Positions 1 through 10,700 of a stretch of DNA of 24,713 bases are shown in pieces; the stretch's first letter is position 1; every line of letters begins with the position of its first letter. Made by a program: the position numbers and the translations under genes. Source of the stretch: Chthoniobacteraceae bacterium (GTDB lineage: Bacteria > Verrucomicrobiota > Verrucomicrobiia > Chthoniobacterales > Chthoniobacteraceae); contig JANNXQ010000251.1 in assembly GCA_031409655.1 (NCBI GenBank), forward strand, positions 1 to 24,713, in the 5' to 3' direction. The notes under the pieces were generated by a model. It did not search any database and had not been told where the DNA came from. It saw only the letters and a program-made list of their open reading frames with translations.

Positions 1-95
1 TCGCCGTCCTCCACAAAATGGTCCGCACCGCCTTCGCTCTCCTCCAATCCAAAGCCGACTACAACCCCAATCACACTCTCTTCACGACCCCTTAA
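1..95 (+). CDS. 3' end (partial) of an IS110-family transposase/recombinase
   Basis: Translation from nt 3 gives AVLHKMVRTAFALLQSKADYNPNHTLFTTP, ending at TAA 93-95. This resembles the IS110 C-terminal A-V-x-x-K-[LM]-x-x-x-x-F-x-x-L-x-S-x-x-x-[YF]-[DN]-P pattern. An IS110-like end follows 40 bp downstream. Only 30 codons are visible. Confidence 0.7.
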   Translation, partial: AVLHKMVRTAFALLQSKADYNPNHTLFTTP

Positions 96-135
96 ATCCC
101 TCCCTTCTTTTCCTCTCTTGACCAACACGGTATCT
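1..135 (+). mobile_element. Right end of an IS110-group (IS621-like) insertion sequence; CT core at 134-135
   Basis: Short non-coding right end (96-135) containing TTGACC (118-123, -35-like) and ACGGTATCT (127-135). The latter differs by one base from the IS621 left-donor+core sequence ACAGTATCT as I recall it. Confidence 0.65.
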
Positions 136-138
136 AAT

Positions 139-164
139 TTCTGCTGCGCCTCCGGCGCAAAGAA
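139..164. repeat. Short REP-like palindrome beside the IS110 insertion point
   Basis: TGCGCC(145-150)-TCC-GGCGCA(154-159), with imperfect flanking TTCT/AGAA pairing. Confidence 0.45.
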
Positions 165-215
165 GGACACGACATAAGACCTGTCCCGATTTTCACGTGC
201 GCGTCTGCGGGCGGC

Positions 216-2713
216 TCACGCGAAGTCCACCACGCGGAAGTCGTTGTTCGTCGCGTCGAGCAGGATGTCGTTCGCCGCGCCGGTCAGCGCGTGGATGGTC
301 GTGCCGATTTTCAACTTCAACACGCGCTGCGCGGTGATGCCGAAGTGGTCCGCCGCACCCGCGCTGCCGGTCGCGGTACCTTTGATCAAGATACTCGCGA
401 TGCTCGCGAAGATGGCGGGTTTCGTGTCGCCTAAAATGAGTGCGTCGTTTCGTCCGAAGCCGTCGCCCGTGAGGTCGGCCACGCCCGCGGCGATGCTGCT
501 CGCGCTCCAGTTGCCGAGCACGCTGATCGCGCCGATGCCGGCGTCCGGGTTGGCCGCGCCGAGGCTGGCGGTGGAGCCGGCGAGGATGCGCGCGTTGAGC
601 ACGTTCGTCTTCACGCTCACGCTGGCGATGGCCACGGCTTTGGCGGCGGTTGTCGCGGCGAAGTCGCCGAGCGCGCTGAGGGTCACGGGTTTGGCGGCGT
701 TGGCGCTGGTGAGTTCCGCGCCGATGCTCACTTTGCCGAGCTTCCCGCCCGCGATGATGCCGGAAAAATCCGCGCCGCCGATGACGCTGCCTTTGACGAG
801 GACGGTGCCGATGTTCCCGCCCGCGCGCAGCAGCCCGGCGAAGGTGCCGCCGGCGCTGCCGTCGAGGTCGCCGCCGATGCTCACCAGGCCGAGGTTTGCG
901 CCGGTGCCGCCGGTGATGTTCACGGCTCCTTTGACGCTGCCTTTCACGGTGAGCTTGGCGAGTGCGCCGATGAGGTCGCTCTGCAATGGCGCGACGGTGC
1001 CCGCGGGCTGGGTGCTGGCGATTGCGCCGAGGCTACCCACGGTGAGGGCTTTGATGGCGGGGGTTTTGAAGTTCGCGTCGCCCGCATCAATCTGCCCGAG
1101 GTCGCCGGGGAGCGTGACGATGCCGAGGTCCAGACCGCGCGCGTCGATCGCGCCGAGGTTCACTTTGCCATCGCCGGTGAGGGATTTCTTCACGGTGACG
1201 GTGAGGTTCGTGCCGGCGAATTCCTCTCCGTCGTCGGCGAGGTTGAGCTTTTGCAGGATGCCGTTGCGGAAGGTGAAGTCCCGCTGCTGGAGCGCGCCTT
1301 TGCTGACCGAGAGCGTGACGGTGTCGCCATCGGTGTCCAAGAAGGCGGCAGTCTTGCCGCCTGCGGAGAATTTCACCGCGACATCCGCCTTGCCAAAGAC
1401 CACGTAGCCCGCCCCGCGGTTGTCGCCGCCCTCGTTCGCGCCGTTCGCGCCGATGAGCAGGTCGGCGAAGCCGTCGCCGTTCACGTCCCCGGCCGCGCTG
1501 ACCGAGACGCCGGCATAGTCGCTGTCCGCCACGCCTGTGAGCTTGAAGCCGTTGCTGCCGTCCAGCGCCGCGAGCGCCACGCTCGCGCCAAAGCCGCCCG
1601 CCTTGCCAAAGACCACGTAGCCCGCCCCGCGGTTGTTGCCGCCCTCATTCGCGCTGATCGCGCCGATGAGCAGGTCGGCAAAGCGGTCGCTGTTCACGTC
1701 CCCGGCCGCGCTGACCGAGAAGCCGGCTCCGTCGTTGTCCGCGACGCCGCTGAGCTTGAAGCCGTTGGCACCGTCCAGCCCCGAGAGCGCCACGCTCGCG
1801 CCGAAGCCGCCCGCCTTGCCAAAGACCACGTAGCCCGCCCCAAGGTCGTTGCCGCCCTCGTTCGCGCCGTTAGCGCCGATGAGCAGGTCGGCAAAGCCGT
1901 CGCCGTTCACGTCCCCTGCCGCGCTGACCGAGACGCCGGCATTGTCTCTGTCCGCGATGCCGGTGAGCTTGAAGCCGTTGGTGCCGTCCAGCCCCGCGAG
2001 CGCCACGCTCGCGCCAAAGCCGCCCGCCTTGCCAAAGACCACGTAACGTAGCCCGCCCCGCGGTCGGTGCCGCCCTCGTTCGCGCCGGTCGCGCCGATGA
2101 GCAGGTCGGCAAAGCCGTCGCCGTTCGCGTCCCCGGCCGCGCTGACCGAGAAGCCGGCCTGGTCGCCGTCCGCCACGCCGCTGAGCTTGAAGCCGTTGGT
2201 GCCGTCCAGCCCCGCGAGCGCCACGCTCGCGCCAAAGCCGCCTGCCTTGCCAAAGACCACGTAACCCGCCCCGCGGTTGTTGCCGCCCTCGTTCGCGAAG
2301 GGAGCGCCGATGAGCAGGTCGGCAAAGCCGTCGCCGTTCACGTCCCCGGCCGCGCTGACCGATCTGCCGGCAGAGTCGCTGTTCGCCACGCCGGTGAGCT
2401 TGAAGCTATTGCTGCCGTCGAGCGAAGCAAGGGCCACGCTGGCCCCGAAGCCCCCGGCCTTGCCAAAGACCACGTAGCCCGCCCCGCGGTCGCTGCCGCC
2501 CTCGTTCGCGCGGTCCGCGCCGATGAGCAGGTCGGCGAAGCCGTCGCCGTTCACGTCCCCGGCCGCGCTGACCGATCTGCCGGCAAGGTCGCTGTCCGCC
2601 ACGCCGCTGAGCTTGAAGCCAGTGATGCCGTCGAGCGACGCCAGCGGCACCACGGCTGCAAACGCCGGGGCGATGCGGGCTTCGAGGATTTCGAGTGAGG
2701 AATGTGGAGGCAT
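216..2713 (-). pseudogene. Frameshifted gene (or assembly error) for a ~830-aa surface protein: LEARIAPA leader, 6 FG-GAP/integrin-alpha-like repeats, Gly-rich solenoid module
   Basis: ORFs 1907-2713 and 216-2042 join into one frame if the duplicated ACGTA at 2041-2050 is reduced to one copy. N-terminus is MPPHSSLEILEARIAPA. There are six AG.SVSAAGDxNxDxFADLLIGA...GAGYVVFG units. The C-terminal half is homologous to the two upstream paralogues (DTDGD, GDLGQIDAGD, NPDAGIG, DHFGITA). Confidence 0.8.
1387..2645. repeat. Six tandem 213-bp (71-codon) FG-GAP coding repeats
   Basis: The anchor GACCACGTA starts at 1398, 1611, 1824, 2037, 2255 and 2468 (spacing 213, 213, 213, 218, 213). Units are highly similar at DNA level. 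Confidence 0.95.
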
Positions 2714-2754
2714 AGGGTGGGGGTGGGTTCGGTGCCGCGTCAGTGCAGGGTCGG

Positions 2755-5700
2755 CTACGGGACTTCGCGGAGGGTCACGTCGCCGGTGGTGAGGGAGAGT
2801 TCGAGCACATTCAGCCCGGGCGTGAGCGCCGCGGTGAAGCCGAAGGATTTGAAGGAGCCAATCTGCTCGGCGACGAAGCCGAAGTGATCGCCCGCGGTGG
2901 CGGTGCCGGCGACGACTCCGCCGATCGCGATGCGGGCGATGCGGGCGATGAGCGTGGAGAGCGGGCCAGGCTGGTCGTCGGCGTCGCCAAAGGGATCGGT
3001 GCGCGCGGCGCTGGCGTCGTCTTGCGCGCCGGCCACGAGGTCGCTGGCAAACCAGTCGCCGCCGACGCTCACCGCGCCAATCGAGGCGTTGCCGTTGAGG
3101 GCATCATTGGCGTCGTCGTCGTAGCCCGCGAGGATCTGCGCGTGTTGGACGCGGCCGCCGATGCTCAGGCTTTTGATCGCGAGGTCGAGCGTGGCTCCGG
3201 GCGCGAGCCCGGCCTGGTCGCGCGCGGAGAGGATGACGGGCGAGAAGCCCTGGGGCCCCGAGTGGCCGATGAGGCTGCCCCGGACGGCGACCGCGCCGAG
3301 ATCGTCCCGGGCCCGGATCGAGGCGTTGCGGAAAAGCTCGCCGGCGGTGCTGTCGTCGGTGCCGGCAACGATCGAGCCGCCGATGGAGACGCTGGCGATG
3401 CGGTCGCCCTCAATGAAACCAGTGCGCGAGAGATTCGCCATGGTGCCGGCGATGCTGCCGCCGATGAGGTTGCGCCCGATTTTCACCGCGCCGATGTCGT
3501 CGCCGGAGATCACGCCGGTGGAATCGCTGGCACCGCCAAAGAGCGACCCACCGATGCTCAGGCTGGTGAGCTGGCCGCGCACGGTGACGAGGCCGCTGGC
3601 GGTGATGGTGCCGCCGATCACGTCGCCCCCGATCTTCACCGCACCCGCGTCGCCGGTGGTGAAAATCTCGCCGCTGTCGAAGCCCGCGCCACCGAGGAGC
3701 GACCCGCCGATGCTGACGCTGGTGAGATTCCCTCCTCGCGCAAAGATGGAGCCGGACTCGCCGACCGACGATCCGCCATGCACGTCGCGGCCGATCTTCA
3801 CCCCGCCCATGCCGGCGCCGGCGCTGATCTCGCCGGAGCGGGGACCGGAGCCGCCAATGAGCGAACCCCCGGGGGTCACGGCGGAGAGCCGGCCTTGCGC
3901 AAAGACGGTGCCGGAGTCGCTGCCCACACCGCCGCGCACGTTCTGGCCGATGGTGACAAGAGTGGTCTCGGCGGCGCTCTCGATGCGTCCACTGCCCGGG
4001 CCGTCTCCGCCGAGGAGCGAGCCGCCGATGCTCACGCTCACGAGCTTCGCGCCGGAGTCGATTTTGCCGGAATCCGCGCCCTCGCCGCCGAGCACGTCGT
4101 GGCCGATTTTCACCGGGCCGAGATTGCCACCGCTTTCACTCGTGACGCTGCCGCTGGTCGCGCCAAAGCCGCCCAGAAGCGAGCCGCCGATGGTGACACT
4201 CGCGATGGCGAAGCCCTCGATGCGCGCGGTGCGTTCGGCGACGCCGCCCACCACATTGTGCGCCACCTTCACCGCGCCGATCGCGCTGTCGGAGACGATG
4301 CGCGCCCCGAAGCCGCCGGAGCCGCCCACGATCGAGCCGCCGACGGTGACGGTGCCGCCGTTCTCAACGCCGATGGTGCCGGCGTTGCCATTCGTGCCGC
4401 CGCGCACGTTGTGGCCGACCGCTACGAACCCGGTGACGCCGCCAAAGGTCGCACCGCTGCCGCTGCCGCCCGCGCCGAGCAGCGAGCCGCCGACGCTGAG
4501 CGACGCGATGCCGGTGGCACCCGAACCCACGATCGCGCCCGAACCCTGGCCAAAGCCGCCTTGCAAATGCTGGCCGATCTTCACCGCGCCGATCGCGCCG
4601 GTGGCGGAGATGCGGCCGCTGGTGTTGCTGTCGCCGCCGAGGAGGGAGCCGCCGATGCTGATGGGGCCGATGGCGCCGGTGACTTGCACCGGCGTGCCCG
4701 CGATGTCCTGCCGCACTTTGAGTGCGCCGAGTTTGCCGGTGACGAGCACGGACTGCTGGCCGCCGGGAGCGTTGGCGTCGGAGCCGAGCCGTCCGAGCGT
4801 GCGCACGTCGAGCGAGGCGAGGCCGGGCCGGGTCGCATCGCCAGAACCGGAGAGGATCTGGTGGAGATCGCCGGGCACGACGATCGCGCCGAGATCGTAG
4901 GCGATGGAGTAGATGCCGCCGACATGCGCGAGGCCGTCGCCCTTTCCACCGGGCGCGACGGTGATGGTGATGCCGAGGCCGTGCGATTGCAGCGAACCGA
5001 CGTCGATCTTCTCGAGCTGCTGGAGCACGGGCGTGACATTGCCGATGAGCGTCGTGCTGAAGGTGAAGATCGTGTTCACGTTCGCGGGCGTGAGCACGGG
5101 CTTGGAGAACTTCACGGTCACGCGGTCGCCGTCGGCATCGGCGTACGTCACGGTGCTGGCGTTCACGAGCAGCGGCGCGACGCCGACGGGCAGGGTGAAG
5201 CCGAAGAGCGCATCGACTTCGTGCAGCATCGCGTCGTCGAGGACGTTGTCGCTGCGGCGCGCGATGGTGAAGCCGTCGTTACTCTCGCCGGGCTGGAGGG
5301 TGAAGGTGCGCGCGCCGACCTTGAGCGCGCCGATCTCCTCGGCGACGAAGCCGAAGGCATCATTGGCGCGCAGCGACTCCGGCGTGCCGAAGACCTGGCC
5401 GGCGATGACGATGCTCGCGATCCGCGAATCCACGGCGAGGTTGTCCGTGGCCTCCGGGATTTTCGCATCGTGGATGTCGCCGAAGTTCACGTTGTCCGCG
5501 GCGAGGAGCGTGCCGCCGGGCGCGTTGTCGGTGCCGAGATTGACGGCACCCGCGACGATGCTGCTCGCGATCCAATCCGCGCCCACCGTCACGCTGCCGA
5601 TCTGCGCGTCGGCATTCACGGGACTGAGCGCGAGGTTGTAACCGGCAAGCACCTTCGCCCACTCGACGCGCCCGCCGACACTCAGTTTGCCGATCGCCAC

Positions 5701-7746
5701 TTCGCTCGGGCCGAGCCCGGTGACATTGCCGACGCGGCCGCCGGCGCTGATGATCACGGGGGAATCGCCATTCGGCGTCACATTCCCGATGAGCCCGCCG
5801 ACGACGGTGAGCGAGCCGATGTCGCGGCCGGCGCGGATCGACGCGTTCTTCGTGAGACCTTCCACACCGCCGCTGCCGTCGGTGCCGGAGATGATCGAGC
5901 CGCCGATGAAGATGCTGCCGATGCGCTGGTCGCTCTCGATGTAGCCGGAGCCATCCAGCGCCGCGCTCTGGCCGGGGATGCTGCCGCCGAGCAGGTCGTG
6001 GCCGATGCTGATCGCGTCGATGTCTTTCCCAAACGCAGTGATCTGGCCGCTGAAATTCCCGGTGCCGCCGATGAGCGAGCCGCCGATGGTCACCACCTTG
6101 CTCCCGGAAATCGTCCCGGAGCCAAAGCCGATGCCGCCCGCGAGATCGTGGCCGATCTTCACAAAGGCCGTCGCGGGAGCACCGAAGCTGGAGAAGATCG
6201 CGCCACTCCCGTCCCCCACACCGCCGAGGAGCGAGCCGCCGATGGTCACGCCCGCGAGTGTGCCCGCGTGCGAAATCCGCGCAGAGTCGCGACCCGCGCC
6301 GCCCACCAGGTCGTGGCCGATCGTGACCGCGCCCATCGGCCTGGCGGTGAGGGTGGAAATGACGGCGGTGTCTTCCTGCGTGCCGCCGAGCAGCGAGCCG
6401 CCGATGCTCACCCCCGCGATCGCGCCACGGCTGAAGATGCTGGCGGAATTGAAACCGGAGCCGCCCAGGAGATCGCCGCCGATCCTGACCAGCCCGAGAT
6501 CGCCGCCGGAGAAAACCTGTCCGCTGTGCGTGATGAGGTTCACCACGTTCGTGTCGTAGCGCCCCGCGCCACCGAGCAGCGAACCACCGATGCTCACGCT
6601 CGCGAGCTTGCCGCTCGCGTCGATCTTCCCCGACTCATCCCCCGCGCCGCCTTTCACATCGAAGCCGATCTTCACCGGCCCGATGTCACTGTCGCTGACG
6701 ATCAAGCCGCTATTCGGCCCCGGCCCGCCGAGCAGCGAACCGCCAATCGTCACCGACGTGATTTTGCCACCGGCGGTGATTTCGCCCGCGCCATTGCCGC
6801 CGCCCTTGAGATTCCCGCCGATCGTCACCGGGCCGATGTCCGCATTGCCCTGGACCACGCCACTCCCCGGTCCCTCGCCGCCGAGGAGCGAGCCACCGAT
6901 GCTCAGCGACGAGATCTTTCCATTGGCGAAAATCTTCCCGGAACCCGCGCCGAAATTGCCGACCACATCGCCCGCGATCCGCACCGGCCCCATCGTGCCG
7001 CCATTGCTGATCGAACCGCCATCGGCCCCCGTGCTGCCGAGGAGCGAACCGCCGATCGTCACCGAGGCGATATTCCCGCCGATGGCGATGATCTGGCCGG
7101 AGAAGCTGCCGCCGCCGATGAGATCCCGCGCGATGTTGATCGGGCCGATGTCGCCATTGATGCGGAGCGACCCCTGGAAAATTCCCGCGCCGCCAATGAG
7201 CGAGCCGCCGATGGTCACGCTGCCCACGCCACCTGCGCTCACAAAGAGGAACGCGTCCTTGAAATCACTCGTCGTTTTCAGCGCGCCAAGGCGGCCGACG
7301 ATGGTGCTCGTGAGGTCGCCGGTGACGAGCTGCGTCGCCAGCCCGAAGAGCCCCATCGACCGGACCGTGAGCGACTTCAGACCACCGTCCGGAATCGCGT
7401 CGCCCGCGTCGATCTGCCCGAGGTCGCCGGGGATGACGACCGCGCCGAGATCGTGTCCGGTGGAATTGATCGCGCCGATATTCGCGAGCCCATCGCCGCC
7501 GAGCGCTTTGACGACGCTGATGGTCAGGTGCGCATCGTCAAAGCCGCCCGCGCTCAGATTGATGAGCAGGAGCTGATCGCCCAACGGCTTCGTCATCGTG
7601 GTGAAGACGGAGTTGTTGAACGCGCCGGTGGAGACTTTGATGGTGACCTTGTCGCCATCGATGTCGGTGTAGCTGGCGATCTTGGGATCGATCGGGCTGA
7701 TGATGACGGCGGGTGCGATGCGGGCTTCGAGCGGTTCGATGTTCAT
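2755..7746 (-). CDS. 1663-aa Gly-rich beta-solenoid-like repeat protein with LEPR-XLL-like leader and two tandem modules
   Basis: Starts MNIEPLEARIAPA. Many ~25-aa repeats (SVxIGGSLxGGxGxxSGxI alternating with GxVxIGxDxxGG). The second module begins near 5165 (NASTVTYADADGDRVTVKFSK). Confidence 0.9.
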   Translation of the reverse strand: MNIEPLEARIAPAVIISPIDPKIASYTDIDGDKVTIKVSTGAFNNSVFTTMTKPLGDQLLLINLSAGGFDDAHLTISVVKALGGDGLANIGAINSTGHDLGAVVIPGDLGQIDAGDAIPDGGLKSLTVRSMGLFGLATQLVTGDLTSTIVGRLGALKTTSDFKDAFLFVSAGGVGSVTIGGSLIGGAGIFQGSLRINGDIGPINIARDLIGGGSFSGQIIAIGGNIASVTIGGSLLGSTGADGGSISNGGTMGPVRIAGDVVGNFGAGSGKIFANGKISSLSIGGSLLGGEGPGSGVVQGNADIGPVTIGGNLKGGGNGAGEITAGGKITSVTIGGSLLGGPGPNSGLIVSDSDIGPVKIGFDVKGGAGDESGKIDASGKLASVSIGGSLLGGAGRYDTNVVNLITHSGQVFSGGDLGLVRIGGDLLGGSGFNSASIFSRGAIAGVSIGGSLLGGTQEDTAVISTLTARPMGAVTIGHDLVGGAGRDSARISHAGTLAGVTIGGSLLGGVGDGSGAIFSSFGAPATAFVKIGHDLAGGIGFGSGTISGSKVVTIGGSLIGGTGNFSGQITAFGKDIDAISIGHDLLGGSIPGQSAALDGSGYIESDQRIGSIFIGGSIISGTDGSGGVEGLTKNASIRAGRDIGSLTVVGGLIGNVTPNGDSPVIISAGGRVGNVTGLGPSEVAIGKLSVGGRVEWAKVLAGYNLALSPVNADAQIGSVTVGADWIASSIVAGAVNLGTDNAPGGTLLAADNVNFGDIHDAKIPEATDNLAVDSRIASIVIAGQVFGTPESLRANDAFGFVAEEIGALKVGARTFTLQPGESNDGFTIARRSDNVLDDAMLHEVDALFGFTLPVGVAPLLVNASTVTYADADGDRVTVKFSKPVLTPANVNTIFTFSTTLIGNVTPVLQQLEKIDVGSLQSHGLGITITVAPGGKGDGLAHVGGIYSIAYDLGAIVVPGDLHQILSGSGDATRPGLASLDVRTLGRLGSDANAPGGQQSVLVTGKLGALKVRQDIAGTPVQVTGAIGPISIGGSLLGGDSNTSGRISATGAIGAVKIGQHLQGGFGQGSGAIVGSGATGIASLSVGGSLLGAGGSGSGATFGGVTGFVAVGHNVRGGTNGNAGTIGVENGGTVTVGGSIVGGSGGFGARIVSDSAIGAVKVAHNVVGGVAERTARIEGFAIASVTIGGSLLGGFGATSGSVTSESGGNLGPVKIGHDVLGGEGADSGKIDSGAKLVSVSIGGSLLGGDGPGSGRIESAAETTLVTIGQNVRGGVGSDSGTVFAQGRLSAVTPGGSLIGGSGPRSGEISAGAGMGGVKIGRDVHGGSSVGESGSIFARGGNLTSVSIGGSLLGGAGFDSGEIFTTGDAGAVKIGGDVIGGTITASGLVTVRGQLTSLSIGGSLFGGASDSTGVISGDDIGAVKIGRNLIGGSIAGTMANLSRTGFIEGDRIASVSIGGSIVAGTDDSTAGELFRNASIRARDDLGAVAVRGSLIGHSGPQGFSPVILSARDQAGLAPGATLDLAIKSLSIGGRVQHAQILAGYDDDANDALNGNASIGAVSVGGDWFASDLVAGAQDDASAARTDPFGDADDQPGPLSTLIARIARIAIGGVVAGTATAGDHFGFVAEQIGSFKSFGFTAALTPGLNVLELSLTTGDVTLREVP

Positions 7747-7774
7747 GGCAATGGGTGGTTGAGTTGGGGAAGGA

Positions 7775-10700
7775 TCAGCCTTCGACGAGGCGCACGTCGC
7801 CGGTGGTGGGCGAGAGGGCGATTGGTCCGTCCGTGCCGGGCGTGAGCGGGGCGATGAAGCCGAAGGATTTGAAGGAGCCGATCTGCGCGGCCTGAAAGGA
7901 GAAGGCGTCGAAGGCGCTCGCGGTCCCGGCGACGACTCCGCCGATCTGGATCGCGGCGATGCGCTGTGCGCCGAAGAGATTGCCGGCCACCCAGTCGCCG
8001 GCCACTTTTACGGTGCCGATGCGCGCGTTGGCGTTGGTGAAGTTGAGCCCGATATCGTAGCCGGCGAGGATCTCCACGCGTTCGATGCCGCCGCCGACGG
8101 TGAGGCTGGCGAGGGCCACGTCGCCACCCGCGCCGGGCGTGGCCTGGCCGCGGGCGATGATCGTGACCGAGGAGCCGTCATGGCCGTGGAGGCTGCCGCG
8201 CACGAAGATCGCGCCGATGTCGTCGGCGGCGCGGATCGAGGCGTTCCGGGTGAGGCCGCCGCCCGTGCTGGTGTCCCAACCGGCGACGATGGAGCCGCCG
8301 ATGGTGACGCTCGCGATCCGGCCACTCTCGGACCAGAGCAAGCCGGCGCCGACTTGCGCGGGCGTGGTGCCGGCGATGCTGCCGCCGTAAAAGCTGCCGC
8401 CGATCGTGGCTGTTCCGATGCCTTGGACGCCATTGACCTCGCCGCTGTAGTTCGCCGAACCGCCGACGAAGGAGCCGCCGATGGTGAGCAAGCCGAGCAC
8501 CCCGCCGCAATCCACCTGGGCGCTGCTGCCGCCCGCGCCGCCGATCAGCGAGCCGCGGATTTTCAAGGCTCCGATGCCGTTGCCACCGCTGGTGTAGATT
8601 TGGGCGGTGTTGCCCCCGGCTCCACCGACCATCGAACCGCCGATCTCGATGAGCGTGACGCCACCGGCATGGATGCGCGCGGTCTCACCGCCGGCGCCGC
8701 CCATCAAGTTGCCGAGGATCTTCACGACGCCGATGCCGGTGGCTCCACGGATTTCGCCGGCCAGCGTGGCCGCGCCGCCGATGAACGAACCGCCGACGCC
8801 GACGGCGCCGAGTTTGCCTTTGGCAAAAAGATTGCCGGCACCGCTGCCCGCGCCGCCGGCGATGTTTTCGCCGATGCTCACGGCGAGGGTGTCCGTTTCG
8901 CTCTCGATCTTCCCGCTGTCGGGGCCGCTCCCGCCGAGGAGCGAACCGCCGATGGTGACGCTGGTGAGTTTGCCGTCGGCGCGGATCACGCCGGTGGCCT
9001 CGGCCGCGCCGCCGAGGACATTGTGGCCGATTTTCACCGAGCCGATGTCGGCGTTCGGGAGCAAGGGAAGCGCGCGCACGGTGAGGATGCTGCCGCCGCT
9101 GCGGTCGTAGCCGCCGATGAGCGAGCCGCCGATGACGACGCTCGAAAGTTTCGCCCCCACGATGCGGCCCGCGTCCTCGCCGCCGCCGAGGAGATTATGC
9201 GCGAGGCTCACGGGGCCGATCGCGCCTTCGGCTTCGAGGCCGCCGCTGTGTTGCCCGACGCCACCGATCAAGGAACCGCCGAAGGTCGCCGACGCGATAG
9301 TCATCTCGGCGCCGATGCCGCCGCTGTAAACGCTCGTGCTGCCGCGGACGTTGTGACCGATCGTCACGGGGCCGAGGTTCGCGCCCGCATCGATGCGCCC
9401 GCTCCTCACCCCGTTTCCGCCGAGCACCGAGCCGCCGAGCGTGACCGACGCGATATTCCCGGTGCTCGCGAAAATTTTCCCGGAGTTCCCCGCGGAGCCA
9501 CCCTGGAGATGCTGGCCGATCTTCACCGCGCCGATCGCGCCGGTGGCCTGGATCGCTCCGCTATCGATGGCGTCGCCGCCGATCAGCGAGCCACCGATGG
9601 TCACCGGGCCGATGGAGCCACTCACATTGACGAAAGCATCCGCGATGTCCTGCCGCACGGTAAGCGCGCCGAGACCTCCGGCGATGTCGCTCTGCAAACT
9701 CGATGTGAAGCCAGCGACCGCCGGCTCTTGCGTTTCGAGCCCGAGGCGGCCAAGCGTGCGCACGGCGAGAGATTTGACGCCCAGTTGGCTGGCCGTCGTA
9801 TGCATGCCGCCGGCGTCGATCCGGCCGAGATCGCCGGGGATGCTGACCGCGCCGACATCGAAGCCCGTGGATTCGATGGCGCCAACGTGGACGAGCCCGT
9901 CGCCGGCGGCACCGCGCACGACGGTGAAGGTGACGCCGAGGCCACTCGAGGCGAGCGGGCGGAGATCGAGGAAGCGGAGCTGTTGCGCGGCCAGCACGCC
10001 GTCGTTCACGACGCCGGTGTCGAAGCGGAAGACGCTGGCCACATTTGCGGCGGTGAGCAGCGACTTGGAAAATTTCACGGTCACTTTGTCGCCGTCGGCA
10101 TCCTGATAGGTAACGGTGCTGGCGTTGACGAGTTTCGCCGACGAGTTCGCCGTGATGAAGGAGCCGATGGACGCGCCGAGTTCGCGAATCGTGGCGTCGA
10201 ACAGGACGCCGTCGTCACGCTCATTGATGCGGAACCCATCGTCGCCTGCTCCGGCCTGGAGGGTGAAGGTGCGGGCGCCGACCTTGAGCGCGCCGATCTG
10301 CTCGGCGACGAAGGCGAAGCTGTCACTGGAGCGGAAGGTGAAGGGCGTGCCCATGACCTGCCCGGAGATGACGATGCTGGCGATCCGGGAGTTGACGCCC
10401 GTGAGTTCCCCGGCCTCGGGGATCTTTTGGTCCAGGAAATTGCCGAAGCTCACATTGTTGGCGTTCGTTCCGGTGCCGCCGGTGACGCCATCGAACCCAA
10501 GATTTCGCACCCCCGCAACGATGCTGCTCGCGATCCAGTCCGCACCGACGGCCACCGTGCCGATCTGCGCGTCGGCATTCCGTGGCGCGAGAGCCGTGTC
10601 GAAACCTGCGAGGATGTGCGCCCACTCGACGCGCCCGCCGATGCTGATCTTGCCGATCGCCAAATCCGTCGTCATCCCGGCGACCGGCGTCTTGCCGAAG

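Noticed and set aside
1387..2645. Regular repeats as a possible CRISPR array
   Set aside because: The 213-bp period is in-frame and protein-coding, with no unique spacers and no cas genes.
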